From: Bacteroidota bacterium
GTDB lineage: Bacteria > Bacteroidota > Ignavibacteria > UBA10030 > UBA6906
Reading direction: 5' to 3'
Assembly (NCBI GenBank): GCA_038247945.1
Contig: JBBRUI010000001.1
Location: 650 to 64,649 of the forward strand
DNA length: 64,000 nt
The notes beneath the pieces were generated by a model. That model had not been told where the DNA came from. It ran no database searches and worked only from the letters and a program-made list of their open reading frames with translations. Each line of letters begins with the position of its first letter. Position 1 is the first letter of the stretch. A program made the translations under genes and the position numbers. Below are positions 38,718 through 49,323 of the stretch, piece after piece.

Positions 38718-40871
38718 TTAAAGCATGCCGCTGCGTTTTCTAATAAACCACTCCACCGCAAACAGTAACACAACAAGGGCGAGCATGTATTTCCAGTTCC
38801 ACAATTCAAACTCCCGCGTCAGGTGAATGTCGCGGGGAACGAACGAGGGCAGGTTCTTCAGTCTGCTGAAAATATCCGGGAAGCCGGAGGGCGTGTAGAA
38901 CTCCCCGCCCGTTCGCGCTGCAAGCTGTCGCAGTAACTGCACGTTCATGCGCGTATCCTGAAACTCAAGAGCCAGCTCGCCCACCGAAAATCTTCCTCTG
39001 TCTTCGCCCAACGGTTGCCCGTCCGATGAGGCGACAGCCTTGTACGAGTAATCGCCCTCGCCCGGACCTTCGAGCGTTCCTTCGTAGCGTCCGTTGCCAA
39101 TCGGCCGCAGAGTTGTCTCATATTCTTTTCCGCTCTGTTGCGCGACAAGCTTTATCTGCGCATTCTCAACGGGGTTTGCGCTCGCGTCGTACACCTGTCC
39201 GGTAAACTCAATCGGCTCGCCCTGCGTGAATGCAGTTTTGATTGGTGTTACTTTCACGGGACGGTTATCGTCGCGTGTCGTCAACCAGCGGATGCTGTTG
39301 GAAAGAAATGTTGCAAGAAGTTTTTCCGTTTCGGGAATACCCTGCGCCATCAGGCGCCAACGCCAGAGTCCGTACCCGAGAACAGCGAGCGACTTCTGCT
39401 TGTTGACATTGCGAATCAGAACAAGCGGGTCGTTGAGGACAATGGCGTTGATCTTTGTTGTAGCAAGAACCGTTGCCTCTGCTTTTGCCTTGCTCACGGT
39501 TTGAGTTTTGAACAGCGGCGGCAACCGTTTCCAGCCCGCCTCGTTCTGTTCCGCTCCAGCCGCAAGAATGGGATGGTTCTTTTGTGAAGGTTCCATGAAC
39601 ACAAGCTGCTCGTTTGCGGATGTGTTTGTGCGGGTGAACGGAAGGAACGAGCCGAGCGACGCAAGCTTTTGTTCGTCGACGTTCTTTCCATCGATAAAAA
39701 ATATTGGGGTTGACCTTCGCTGAATCGAAGTCCGCACCGGGTCGAGCAGCGCGTTGCCTGTTGACGCAATCGGAAAGCCGATAAACATGATGCAATCCGA
39801 GGAGTCGAGAAGCTGGGCCGTCATCGATCCCTCATAAAAAGCAGACGAGGATTTCTGTGTCAGCGACCGGACGTCGAGGTTCTTGTCTTCACGCAATGTT
39901 TGCTTGAGAACCGAAACATCGGGCGAAGGGCTGCCTGCGATTATGAGAATCCGCAGCTTGCTTTTGAGAATGCGGGCGAGGAATGTCCGCTGGTTGTTCG
40001 CGGTGGTCAGCTCGCCGGGCAGGCGCGAGACGCGCACGGAATATTTTTTTATTCCTTCACCATCGGGCGTGTATGAAAGGCGCACTGAATATTCCCGTGT
40101 ACCTTCTTCGAGTGTAAGCTGCGAGCGGCCGAGTTCCTTGCTGCCTTCAGAAAGAATGACCTCAACTTTCTCGCCCTTGAAGCCCGAGCTTTTGATCGTG
40201 ACGTCAACAGGAACTTCAGTCTGGTTGTACACTAATTCATTCGTCAGCACTTTCGTGATGAGGATATCCTTTTGTTCCGTCGAGTCGCCGATGCCGACGG
40301 TGAAGAGAGGAATCCCGATTTCCTCCGCCTCGTATAGCGGGTTCTGCCCGAGATTGTAACTCCCGTCGCTGATCAGCAACGCAGCGCCGATATTGCTCCG
40401 GTCTTTTTCTTCTGCGACCTTGCGAAGCGCTGCTGTAATATCCGTCGCCCCTTCGTCTATGTGGAGAGAGTCGATTGCACCGGCCTCGATTTGCTTTGGC
40501 TTCGCTCCGAACGCGTAGAGACGGATTTCATCGGCGGAGTTCTTGAATCCCTTTTCCGCGAGAAAGCGTTTCAGAATTTCCGCCCGGTCGCCTGTCCGGT
40601 CTTTAATGCTCATGCTCTTGCTGTTATCAACCAGCACAGCAAGAACAGGATTTTGGGTGGATGTAGAAATAAAGCGGAGCAAAGGCTCGAAAAGAAATAC
40701 CAGCAGCAACGCGAGAGCAATCGACCGAAGAACGATTAGAATAATTTTTTTGGAACGGGGGATCGGCGGGACGGTCGTCCGGTAAAAAAAAATCGAAATA
40801 GCTGCGGCGATGAGAACGAGGAGAAGGACAACGAACGCGGAAACTGTAAAGCTGAGAGTAATGTCAGGCAT
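38718..40871 (-). CDS. vWA-domain membrane protein (BatA-like)
   Basis: N-terminal TM segments, a vWA region and a C-terminal TM segment, immediately downstream of a MoxR ATPase (the classic MoxR-vWA pair). Confidence 0.6.
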   Translation of the reverse strand: MPDITLSFTVSAFVVLLLVLIAAAISIFFYRTTVPPIPRSKKIILIVLRSIALALLLVFLFEPLLRFISTSTQNPVLAVLVDNSKSMSIKDRTGDRAEILKRFLAEKGFKNSADEIRLYAFGAKPKQIEAGAIDSLHIDEGATDITAALRKVAEEKDRSNIGAALLISDGSYNLGQNPLYEAEEIGIPLFTVGIGDSTEQKDILITKVLTNELVYNQTEVPVDVTIKSSGFKGEKVEVILSEGSKELGRSQLTLEEGTREYSVRLSYTPDGEGIKKYSVRVSRLPGELTTANNQRTFLARILKSKLRILIIAGSPSPDVSVLKQTLREDKNLDVRSLTQKSSSAFYEGSMTAQLLDSSDCIMFIGFPIASTGNALLDPVRTSIQRRSTPIFFIDGKNVDEQKLASLGSFLPFTRTNTSANEQLVFMEPSQKNHPILAAGAEQNEAGWKRLPPLFKTQTVSKAKAEATVLATTKINAIVLNDPLVLIRNVNKQKSLAVLGYGLWRWRLMAQGIPETEKLLATFLSNSIRWLTTRDDNRPVKVTPIKTAFTQGEPIEFTGQVYDASANPVENAQIKLVAQQSGKEYETTLRPIGNGRYEGTLEGPGEGDYSYKAVASSDGQPLGEDRGRFSVGELALEFQDTRMNVQLLRQLAARTGGEFYTPSGFPDIFSRLKNLPSFVPRDIHLTREFELWNWKYMLALVVLLFAVEWFIRKRSGML
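38743..38814. repeat. Direct repeat copy 2 (authentic 3' end of the vWA gene)
   Basis: See 36651..36722. Confidence 0.7.
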
Positions 40872-41080
40872 GTTGTTAATTACCGGGCACGGTTGCTTCG
40901 GTCTACGACCTCGTAGAGGAAATCCACTTCACGCTGTTCGTTCATAAGTGCAAACCGTAACCAGTAAAAGCCAAAGCTGAACCACCAAGACACCAAGGCA
41001 CGAAGTTATAATGCGAGACAATAATTCGATATCATAAAACTCTTGGTGTCTTCGTGTCTTGGTGGTTTTCTTTTCAACTT

Positions 41081-42115
41081 CTAGGTGGCTTCCTGAACCA
41101 ACCGCTCAACTATGTCGATTGTTGATACGCCGTCGGCTTCAGCGTTGAAGTTCGTGACGAGCCGGTGTCGCAGCACGGGACCCGCCATCGCCCGCACGTC
41201 GTCGATATCGGGCGTGTGGCGGCCGGCGAGGATTGCGCGTGTCTTTGCGCCAAGAATTAAATATTGCGATGCGCGGGGACCGGCACCCCAACTGATCCAA
41301 TCTTTGATAAACTTGGGCGTTCCCTCAGACTTCGGGCGGGTCTTCGTCGACAACCGCACTGCAAACTCCACAACATTATCCGCAACCGGAACGCGTCGTA
41401 CAAGATTCTGGTAGAATGAAATTTCTTCGCCGGAGAGAACATGACTCAGCGACGGCGCCAACTGGCTCGTTGTATTCTTCACGATCTGAACTTCTTCGCT
41501 CATCGAAGGGTAGTCCAACCACAGATTGAACATGAAGCGGTCGAGCTGGGCTTCGGGTAGCGGATATGTTCCCTCCTGCTCGATCGGATTTTGTGTTGCG
41601 AGAACGAAGAACGGCTCCTGCAGCGTGTAGGTTTTTCCGGCGGCAGTTACGCGGTGTTCTTGCATGGCTTCGAGCAATGCAGCCTGAGTCTTAGGCGGCG
41701 TTCTGTTGATCTCATCGGCAAGGACAATGTTTGCAAAGACGGGACCCTGGATGAACTTGAACAGCTTCGATCCGGTTGCAGTATTCTCTTCGATGATTTC
41801 CGTGCCGGTGATGTCGCTCGGCATCAGGTCGGGCGTGAACTGAATGCGATTGAAGGAGAGGTCAAGAACCTGCGCAACGGTCCGGATGAGCAATGTCTTC
41901 GCAAGTCCGGGCACGCCAACGAGAAGACAGTGGCCGCGGGCCAACAGTGCGATCAAAAGCTGTTCGACAATCTTATCCTGCCCGACAATGACCTTGGCAA
42001 TTTCTTTCCGCAGCGCTTCGTAGGAATGTTGCAGTTGCGCCGCGGCTTCGACGTCGTTTACCTGTCCCAGAGTTGAAAGCTTAGCCAAAATAATTTCCCC
42101 TTCTGTCAAAAACAA
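41081..42115 (-). CDS. MoxR-family AAA+ ATPase
   Basis: Walker A GVPGLAKT, a Walker B region and 344 aa are typical of MoxR. Confidence 0.85.
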   Translation of the reverse strand: MFLTEGEIILAKLSTLGQVNDVEAAAQLQHSYEALRKEIAKVIVGQDKIVEQLLIALLARGHCLLVGVPGLAKTLLIRTVAQVLDLSFNRIQFTPDLMPSDITGTEIIEENTATGSKLFKFIQGPVFANIVLADEINRTPPKTQAALLEAMQEHRVTAAGKTYTLQEPFFVLATQNPIEQEGTYPLPEAQLDRFMFNLWLDYPSMSEEVQIVKNTTSQLAPSLSHVLSGEEISFYQNLVRRVPVADNVVEFAVRLSTKTRPKSEGTPKFIKDWISWGAGPRASQYLILGAKTRAILAGRHTPDIDDVRAMAGPVLRHRLVTNFNAEADGVSTIDIVERLVQEAT

Positions 42116-42127
42116 AACCGCTCCGCT

Positions 42128-43402
42128 TTACAAGCGTGACTCCCAGTAAATACTTTTCTTCAAATCCTCCACCCACGCGGCATAATCTTTTTGACGCTTG
42201 TAGTTGGCGGCAACCGTCTCGATGCGTTTATAATCCTGTTCGAGGGAAGCTTTATGCGCGGGGATTCTTCTCTTCAACCAGACGATGCTGTATCCGTACT
42301 GATTACCGACGGGAATCTTTGTCGGCTCGCTGACTTCTCCCTGCTTCAATGGTGAGACAGCGCCGTACATTTCTTTCGGCAGTTGCTCGAGTTCGAGCAC
42401 GCCCAGGTTGCCGCCGATGCTCGCCGTTTCTTTATCCTCGGAATATTTTTGCGCAAAGTCGGCGACGCGTTCACCTGCGAGAATCCGTGTGCGCAAGGTT
42501 TTCAGAAACACCAATGTCGAATCGTCGCTTGCCTGCGTACGTTCGATGCGAAGAAGAATATGGCGCGGATGAACAGCATCGCCGCGGCGCTCCAGCAACT
42601 GGATGATATGCAATCCAAAATCCGTTTCAACGATTCCCGAAATTTCTTTGTCCTTCAAACCGAAGGCGGCAGTTTCAAATTCCTTTACGAACAATCCACG
42701 GCGCACGAAGCCGAGGTCGCCGCCCTGAACAGCCGACCCGGGATCCTGTGAATGTCGCTTTGCAATCTCCTCGAACGGCACGCCCGCTTTCAGGCTGTCG
42801 AGAAGCAAATTCATTTTTTTGCGCGCCTCTTGTTTGGCGGCATCGTCGAATTTCGGCTTCACAAAAATATGGGCAAGCTCCACTTCCTCGGGAACGTCAC
42901 CGAGGCTGTCCCTGAACGTCCGGTAGAATTCTTCCACTTCAAGTCTGCCGATCTGAGAGTTGCTGAAGCGCTGCTGTTGCAGTTTCTGTGCAAGCAGGTT
43001 TTTCTTCATTTCGTCGCGAAACTCGCGTTTGATGCGCGAGATGGGCATGCCGTAGAGTTCCTCCAGCTTGGATTCCGAGCCCGCAGACTGGATACGCTGC
43101 TGGATCACCGCCTCGAGCTGCTGCGTTACCTCATCTTCACTCACCGTAACGCTGTCCTCAATAGCTTTTGCGAGCACCAATTTCTCGTTCACCATGGACT
43201 GCAATACCTGCTGACGCAAGCCTGCCGTATTCGGGTCGACTTTGTTCGTTGTAATGAAGAACTGCGTTTGCGCGTTCAGTTCCGATTCGAGAATCATCTC
43301 ATTGCCGACCACGGCAACAATCCTGTCCAATGTCTGCGCCGACGCCGATACTCCGGCAACCAACGCTACAGCCAGCCACACGCCAATCATCATCTTCTTC
43401 AT
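42128..43402 (-). CDS. SurA-like periplasmic chaperone / parvulin PPIase
   Basis: Signal peptide MKKMMIGVWLAVALVAGVSASA. A SurA N-terminal-like region and a parvulin domain are present. The start was taken at the Met at about 43402. Confidence 0.65.
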   Translation of the reverse strand: MKKMMIGVWLAVALVAGVSASAQTLDRIVAVVGNEMILESELNAQTQFFITTNKVDPNTAGLRQQVLQSMVNEKLVLAKAIEDSVTVSEDEVTQQLEAVIQQRIQSAGSESKLEELYGMPISRIKREFRDEMKKNLLAQKLQQQRFSNSQIGRLEVEEFYRTFRDSLGDVPEEVELAHIFVKPKFDDAAKQEARKKMNLLLDSLKAGVPFEEIAKRHSQDPGSAVQGGDLGFVRRGLFVKEFETAAFGLKDKEISGIVETDFGLHIIQLLERRGDAVHPRHILLRIERTQASDDSTLVFLKTLRTRILAGERVADFAQKYSEDKETASIGGNLGVLELEQLPKEMYGAVSPLKQGEVSEPTKIPVGNQYGYSIVWLKRRIPAHKASLEQDYKRIETVAANYKRQKDYAAWVEDLKKSIYWESRL

Positions 43403-43412
43403 ATACACATTC

Positions 43413-44222
43413 CTATTCGTTTGAATTTTCTGCCGCCGCGTCCATGGAATCGAGACGGACGTCGACATCATACCTGGTGTGCAGCGTTGCCAATAGCTCT
43501 TCGTACTGTACCTTGCGGCGCTCGATCGAAAGGCGTTCCCTGATTTCATTTTTTGCATACTCGAAATCGGGTAGTTCGCCTTGCTTCATCGTTGCATGCA
43601 CAAGCACAACACAGTAGCCGTCATTTGTCTTCACCACGTACGAGATATCTTCCTTGCTTAACGTGCGTGCAATCTTCCAGAGTTCCTCCGGATACAACAT
43701 CGACTGCGTAAAATATTCCTGTGTTGCCACACGCAGGACCTGTTGTTTTGTTTCGGGATCGGACTGAATCTCCTGCACTGCATCGTTCCATGATTTGCCG
43801 CGAAGAATTTTCAGGCGGAACGCATTCGCAGCTTCACGTTCTTCGAACACAGCAAAGCTCATCTTCGCAACGTCTTCATGCAACCGGTATGCGCTGCGGT
43901 GATCTTTGAACTCCGTACTCAGCTCTTCTTCGTTGATATCGGAAGGCTCGTCCGCGTACACTTTTTTTTCCAGATACGCGTTGATGACAAGCTGCCGCTT
44001 TGCTTCTTCTATCTGACGAACAACTTCATCCGCTTCTGAAAATCCATTGCGCCGGGCTTCCTGATACAGCAACTCATTAGTTACCCAGTTGCTTACGTAC
44101 TGCCTGGACAAATGTTCTGCGTGTGCAGCCCCGGAGTTTGAGAGCTCTTCCGGTGAAAGCCGGACGTCGCCGACACGGGCGACATAGCGCGTGGTATTTT
44201 CCGGTTTCTTCGCACATCCCAA
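43413..44222 (-). CDS. SurA-N-domain-like lipoprotein chaperone
   Basis: The lipobox LGC sits at the predicted N-terminus, but the upstream in-frame signal sequence lacks a canonical start codon (see finding). Confidence 0.45.
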   Translation of the reverse strand: MGCAKKPENTTRYVARVGDVRLSPEELSNSGAAHAEHLSRQYVSNWVTNELLYQEARRNGFSEADEVVRQIEEAKRQLVINAYLEKKVYADEPSDINEEELSTEFKDHRSAYRLHEDVAKMSFAVFEEREAANAFRLKILRGKSWNDAVQEIQSDPETKQQVLRVATQEYFTQSMLYPEELWKIARTLSKEDISYVVKTNDGYCVVLVHATMKQGELPDFEYAKNEIRERLSIERRKVQYEELLATLHTRYDVDVRLDSMDAAAENSNE

Positions 44223-44268
44223 CGGAATGAAAACGAGTACGGCAAGCGTACACGTCCCAGCCGCCCAA

Positions 44269-46626
44269 TTATTTAGCCGGTGCGAACGCGTACTTCAATG
44301 CCTCTTTGTGTTCCACAACGGGATAACGCTTGCGCAGTCCGTCGAGCCATTCTTTCTCAAGGCGCTTGGATTCAAATTCCTGAAACGCGCTGGACACTTC
44401 CGTTCCTGCTTCTGCATATGTTTTGCGGCGCAGCGGGTCTTTCTTGTTGAGCTGGATAATTGTGAAGTTGCCGCGGTAATTAAACGGCGCCGAGAACTTG
44501 CCGGCCGTAAGCGAATCGGCTTTCATCGATCGTTCATCCGTAGTGACCGGTTGAAGCTGATTCTCGACTGTGCCGACAAACCATGACCGGCGGTTGACGA
44601 TTTCCACATCCACTTTTTGTGCGAGCTTATCCGATTCACTTTTTTTTGCAGATGGATTTATTGCCTGAGGCCGCGAGTATGCAACAATGCGGCCTTCGGG
44701 GATCCCATACTTTTTGCTCAGGGCAGATTTCACCGCAGTAATTTGTTGTTGAGCAAGCTTTTCGTTCTGCGCTTTTTTGTTCGAAGTATCAGGATGGGCA
44801 ACAATCTGAACCCGCAACATTCCGTCGTCCTTCACGCTGGCTGCAACCGAGGAGAGAGTTTTCTGCGCGGCTGCATTCAGTGCAGCTTTGCCTTTCGCAA
44901 ACGTAACAGAATATGCTGACGGCATTTTCGTGCGGGCAGAATCTTCCGCAAGCACTTGCTCGAATGTTTTTCCGTTCTTTAACTTCTCATACACAATGTT
45001 CGCAAGCGAATCGCTGTACATCGAAACAGAGGAGAACTCCGCACGATCCGGCCACATAAATTTGTCACGGTTTCCTTCGAAGTAGCCCTGCAACACCGTA
45101 TCGTTCACCGCAATTTTGCTCCACACGCGGTCTTGCTCCACCTGATATAAAAGAATGCCGTCGGTATATTCCTTCATGATATCGGCAAACTCCGGATATT
45201 CTTTTTCAACCGTCTCGCCCTTCACTTCAAAGATAAGCTGCTCGGCAATTTTTGGAATCTGTGTGCGAAGAGCGGTAGAGGTGAGCGGCATATTCATCAT
45301 GTCCGGCCGGACTTTCATCAGCGCAACAATGCTGTCGCTTGTAACGGCACGAGTGCCGAAGCGCATCATGGCTTGTTTCCCGAGCTCAGGAGAGAGCGTT
45401 CCGGACCATGCGCTGTCCCGCGTTGTCTTGAGTGAATCGAACGAAACGACAAACTGATCGACAATTTTTTGATCCAAGCTGAACTGTGTTTGCGCTTTCA
45501 GCTTATCCAATAGCTTGTTGTAGTCCGCTTGAAACCGTGTTTGCTGGTAGGCCTGCTGGAGTTCCTTTTTGGATTCCTCCAACGATTTCGGAGGGCGCGC
45601 TTCATAACTTTTGATCAGATGATATCCGTAGATCGTGCGTACAATTCCCGACATCTGGCCGGGTTTTAGTCTGAACGCCTCTTCGTCGAACGGTTGAATC
45701 CATCGGGCGCGTTGGAACCATCCGAGATCGCCACCCTTTGGTGCAGAACCGGGGTCTTGTGAATTTCGCATTGCAAGTTCGGCAAAGTCCGCACCGGCCT
45801 TCAAACTATCCTGAATCTGTTTGATCTTTGTAAAAGCCGACAGCGTGTCTTCCGGCGCAGGATTTTCTTTATCAAAACGAATCATTATATGGCTTGCTTT
45901 AATTTCACCGGAGGAAGAACGGCGGTCCACGACTTTAATAATGTGTAGTCCGTATTGAGTGCGAACAGGTTTCTGTGTAAGCTCTCCGGGCTTCAAAGCA
46001 AAGGCGGCGTCTTCAAATTCTGAAACCATCCGTCCGGCGGTGAAATAGTAGAGGTCGCCTTTATTCTGCGCAACGGAAGGATCGTTGGAGTTGGCAACGG
46101 CAAGCGATTCAAATTTTGCTCCCGCTTGCAGTTCTTTGATTAGCCTGTACGCTTTTTCATAAGCGGCGGCAGAATCAGCGGCGGGTGCACCGGGAGGCAG
46201 GCTGATCAATATATGGCTTGCGCGGGCTTCCACCTGCCGGGAATCGTACAATTTCTTGAGTCCGGGTTCATTAACTTCCCGCTCCGTCAGGTACGAAGCG
46301 ACCAGGCTTCCCTTGTACTGTCCGATTTCATTCTTGATTTCAGGACGCTTATCCAACCCGCTTGCGTACGCATCGGCGAGTTTTAGTTTGAACTTTGTCA
46401 TCAGGTCGAGGAACCGCTCGCGTTCTTCCTGTGTGGAAGCCGCGGCTTGCTCACGGGTTCCGCTGCTTTTCAGATAAAGATTCTCATAATCCTGAAGGGT
46501 AACGTCGTTCGCGCCTACTTTTGCCACGACAATATCTCCCTCTTTGGGGGAACAGCCGCTGTACACAAAAATCGCACTCACCAAGGCAAATGCCAACACT
46601 CCTGTGAGTTTTTGAGATAACTGCAT
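44269..46626 (-). CDS. Large periplasmic parvulin-type PPIase (two parvulin domains, PpiD/SurA-like)
   Basis: Lipoprotein-like signal (YSGCSPK) and two parvulin signatures (ASHILI..., ASHIMIRF). 785 aa. Confidence 0.65.
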   Translation of the reverse strand: MQLSQKLTGVLAFALVSAIFVYSGCSPKEGDIVVAKVGANDVTLQDYENLYLKSSGTREQAAASTQEERERFLDLMTKFKLKLADAYASGLDKRPEIKNEIGQYKGSLVASYLTEREVNEPGLKKLYDSRQVEARASHILISLPPGAPAADSAAAYEKAYRLIKELQAGAKFESLAVANSNDPSVAQNKGDLYYFTAGRMVSEFEDAAFALKPGELTQKPVRTQYGLHIIKVVDRRSSSGEIKASHIMIRFDKENPAPEDTLSAFTKIKQIQDSLKAGADFAELAMRNSQDPGSAPKGGDLGWFQRARWIQPFDEEAFRLKPGQMSGIVRTIYGYHLIKSYEARPPKSLEESKKELQQAYQQTRFQADYNKLLDKLKAQTQFSLDQKIVDQFVVSFDSLKTTRDSAWSGTLSPELGKQAMMRFGTRAVTSDSIVALMKVRPDMMNMPLTSTALRTQIPKIAEQLIFEVKGETVEKEYPEFADIMKEYTDGILLYQVEQDRVWSKIAVNDTVLQGYFEGNRDKFMWPDRAEFSSVSMYSDSLANIVYEKLKNGKTFEQVLAEDSARTKMPSAYSVTFAKGKAALNAAAQKTLSSVAASVKDDGMLRVQIVAHPDTSNKKAQNEKLAQQQITAVKSALSKKYGIPEGRIVAYSRPQAINPSAKKSESDKLAQKVDVEIVNRRSWFVGTVENQLQPVTTDERSMKADSLTAGKFSAPFNYRGNFTIIQLNKKDPLRRKTYAEAGTEVSSAFQEFESKRLEKEWLDGLRKRYPVVEHKEALKYAFAPAK

Positions 46627-46918
46627 AAGGTTTCTACTCCGATATTATATAATAGAAAGGATTGCAAATGATTTCGTTTATTATGGTACGCAAAAGACGC
46701 ATGATTTTCAAGGAAGGGACAAAGACAAAGAGTCTCACGCTGAGACGCTCTACGAGTCGTAGACAAAGAACGCCAAGGTAGGACGAATACCGCATCATCC
46801 ATATCAGATTCTATTTCAAACTTGTCTTTGCCGCGTAGCTGTTGACAAAAGCACTCCTTTTATCCGGGACGCGCTTTTAGTATATTCATCTACCTTTCAG
46901 GAAAAAACTCCGGGGCGA

Positions 46919-47908
46919 ATGCGAGTTCAAAACATCAGCAGATATCTTCACGCTGCAGATATACTGTTCATTGGCTTTAACCTTATTCTTACCGTCATCA
47001 ACCTGGCGTTTGCATCCCGCATTCCCCATTGGTGGATTATTGTGCTGAGTAATTTCGCTGGGTCGGCATTGATTTGCCTGATAGCGTATGCCCGGCACAC
47101 TACGGACTGGAAGCCATTGCGTATCCTTCACGATTGGTATGTGCCTGTTGCAACGTTCTTTTCGTTCAAGGCTGTATACTTCATGATCAAACCAATTCAT
47201 CGCGGCCGGGATTACGATGATCTGTTGATAGCGGCCGATCGTTGGATATTTGGCGGCGATCCGACGGCCTGGATGGCGCGCTTTGCGGCGCCCTGGCTTA
47301 CCGAGTTTTTGATGATCGCGTATACGATGTTTTATGTGATGTTTCTGGTTCTCGGCTACGAGTTGTACCGGCGCCATAATCTTGACCTGTTTCATTACTT
47401 CATGTTCACGTGCGTTTACGGATTCTTTCTTTCATACCTCGGATATTTCCTGCTGCCGGCGGTTGGCCCGCGCTTTACGCTGCATGATTTTTCCGCTGTT
47501 GATATCGATCTTCCCGGACTCTGGCTTACTCCGTATCTCCGCTGGTTTGTAAATGCCGGAGAATCAATTCCCGCCGGTGTGTCCAACATTGTTGCCATGG
47601 GGGCTGCGCAACGGGATGTTTTCCCCAGCGGGCATACAATGATGGCGCTCGTTCTAATGTATCTCGGCGGAAAGTACAGGGTGAAAACACGGTACTTCCT
47701 CTACATCGCCGGAACGCTGCTCATTATAGCAACCGTGTATCAGCGATATCATTATGTTGTTGATTTGATTGCAGGCGGAATCTTTGCCGTGTTTTGCATT
47801 CTGACAACCACAAAGCTGTATAACTTTTTGAAGATGAAATTTCAAACGATGGAAACGCGGTTTCCCCTGAAGCAGGGAAACTCCGGGCACGAACCCATAA
47901 GCACATAA
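46919..47908 (+). CDS. PAP2-superfamily membrane phosphatase
   Basis: PSGH motif and HYVVDLIAG (compare SRVYLGVHYPSDVLAG) in a multi-TM protein. Confidence 0.6.
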   Translation: MRVQNISRYLHAADILFIGFNLILTVINLAFASRIPHWWIIVLSNFAGSALICLIAYARHTTDWKPLRILHDWYVPVATFFSFKAVYFMIKPIHRGRDYDDLLIAADRWIFGGDPTAWMARFAAPWLTEFLMIAYTMFYVMFLVLGYELYRRHNLDLFHYFMFTCVYGFFLSYLGYFLLPAVGPRFTLHDFSAVDIDLPGLWLTPYLRWFVNAGESIPAGVSNIVAMGAAQRDVFPSGHTMMALVLMYLGGKYRVKTRYFLYIAGTLLIIATVYQRYHYVVDLIAGGIFAVFCILTTTKLYNFLKMKFQTMETRFPLKQGNSGHEPIST

Positions 47909-47913
47909 CCGCC

Positions 47914-49323
47914 ATGGCCATTCAAGCAACGATAGCAAATATTTTCATCGATCTGATTCCCGATATGTGTTTCGTGGTGTCGGGAGATCGGATGGTGCTT
48001 GCCTACAACAAGAGCGCCCGCGAACTCCTTCAATTGCCGGACCTGTCCACGAACGTCAACTTTTACGATTTGCTCACGGACGATTCGCCGAAACCCCTGT
48101 TGGCTGTTCTTCGCACAAAAGAAGAATCAGCGGAAGCAGAAGTGATGTTCAAAGGGCCGGAGGGAAAAATAATCGATGCCATGCTCTCGATAAAAAAAAT
48201 CTCAGGCCCGGAAATAGATTTTCTGTATGTTATTGCACGCGATGTTTCAGAAGCGAAGAAGAAAGAACTCGATTTGCTTCGCTTCTCCAACGTTGTTCAT
48301 TACACTGTCAACCCGATTCAAATTACGGACGCACGGGGAAGAATGGTGTATGTAAACCCGGCGTTTGAGAGATCCACCGGCTACACAAAGGAAGAGCTTA
48401 TCGGGCGTAACCCTAGTATTGTTTCGAGCGGGAAGTACAGCAAGGAATTTTGGGCGAAGGCGTGGGCTGTCATCAGCGCGGGAAAAGTCTGGCAAGGCGA
48501 GATCGAGAACAAGCGCAAGAATGGCACATCGCTGTTTACGCAGGTCCTCATCTCGCCCATCGTGGATACGGACGGAACAGTGGTCGGGTATCTCGGCTCG
48601 CACCGCGACATTACAGAACAAAAACAGCTTGAACAGCAACTGATGCATTCACAAAAGATGGAAAGCATGGGGACGCTCGCTGCCGGCATAGCACACGAAG
48701 TCGGCAACCCTCTCACGTCAATTTCCTCCATCGTGCAAGTTCTTCAGCGTACCGTCAACGATGACTACGCGAAAGAAAAATTGGGCCTCGTTCAATCCCA
48801 GGTGCACCGCATTACAAAAATCATTCGCGACCTGGTGGATTTTTCGCGACCATCGAACTACAAGCTTCAGCCCACGAACATCGTGAACAATATGAAGGAG
48901 GCGGTGGAGATCGTAAGAATGTCGCGGAAGGCGAGCAAGGTGAAGTTTTCTGTTGATGTAAAGGATGTTGTTCCACTTCTTTCACTCGTTCCCGATCAGA
49001 TTTCCCAGGTGTTCATCAACATTCTTCTGAACGGTGTCGATGCGATGGATGGAAAGCAGGGTACCATCAATGTGGTGGTAGACCGTGAAGGCGATTCGGT
49101 GCGCGTGAGCATTACCGATACCGGTTCCGGCATTGCCGAAGAAGACATGACGAAGATCGGAGAACCGTTCTTTACAACAAAACCAGTCGGACAAGGAACC
49201 GGTCTGGGATTGTGGGTGAGTCACGGCATCATAAAAAGTTTCCGCGGCGATCTTCGTTTGCGCAGCGTCCGCGGCGAAGGCACTACGTTTTCAATTGTTC
49301 TACCCTTGAATGGAAAGGAATGA
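47914..49323 (+). CDS. PAS-domain sensor histidine kinase
   Basis: Two PAS-like regions, H-box HEVGNPLTS and a HATPase_c region (DTGSGI...GTGLGL). Confidence 0.8.
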   Translation: MAIQATIANIFIDLIPDMCFVVSGDRMVLAYNKSARELLQLPDLSTNVNFYDLLTDDSPKPLLAVLRTKEESAEAEVMFKGPEGKIIDAMLSIKKISGPEIDFLYVIARDVSEAKKKELDLLRFSNVVHYTVNPIQITDARGRMVYVNPAFERSTGYTKEELIGRNPSIVSSGKYSKEFWAKAWAVISAGKVWQGEIENKRKNGTSLFTQVLISPIVDTDGTVVGYLGSHRDITEQKQLEQQLMHSQKMESMGTLAAGIAHEVGNPLTSISSIVQVLQRTVNDDYAKEKLGLVQSQVHRITKIIRDLVDFSRPSNYKLQPTNIVNNMKEAVEIVRMSRKASKVKFSVDVKDVVPLLSLVPDQISQVFINILLNGVDAMDGKQGTINVVVDREGDSVRVSITDTGSGIAEEDMTKIGEPFFTTKPVGQGTGLGLWVSHGIIKSFRGDLRLRSVRGEGTTFSIVLPLNGKE

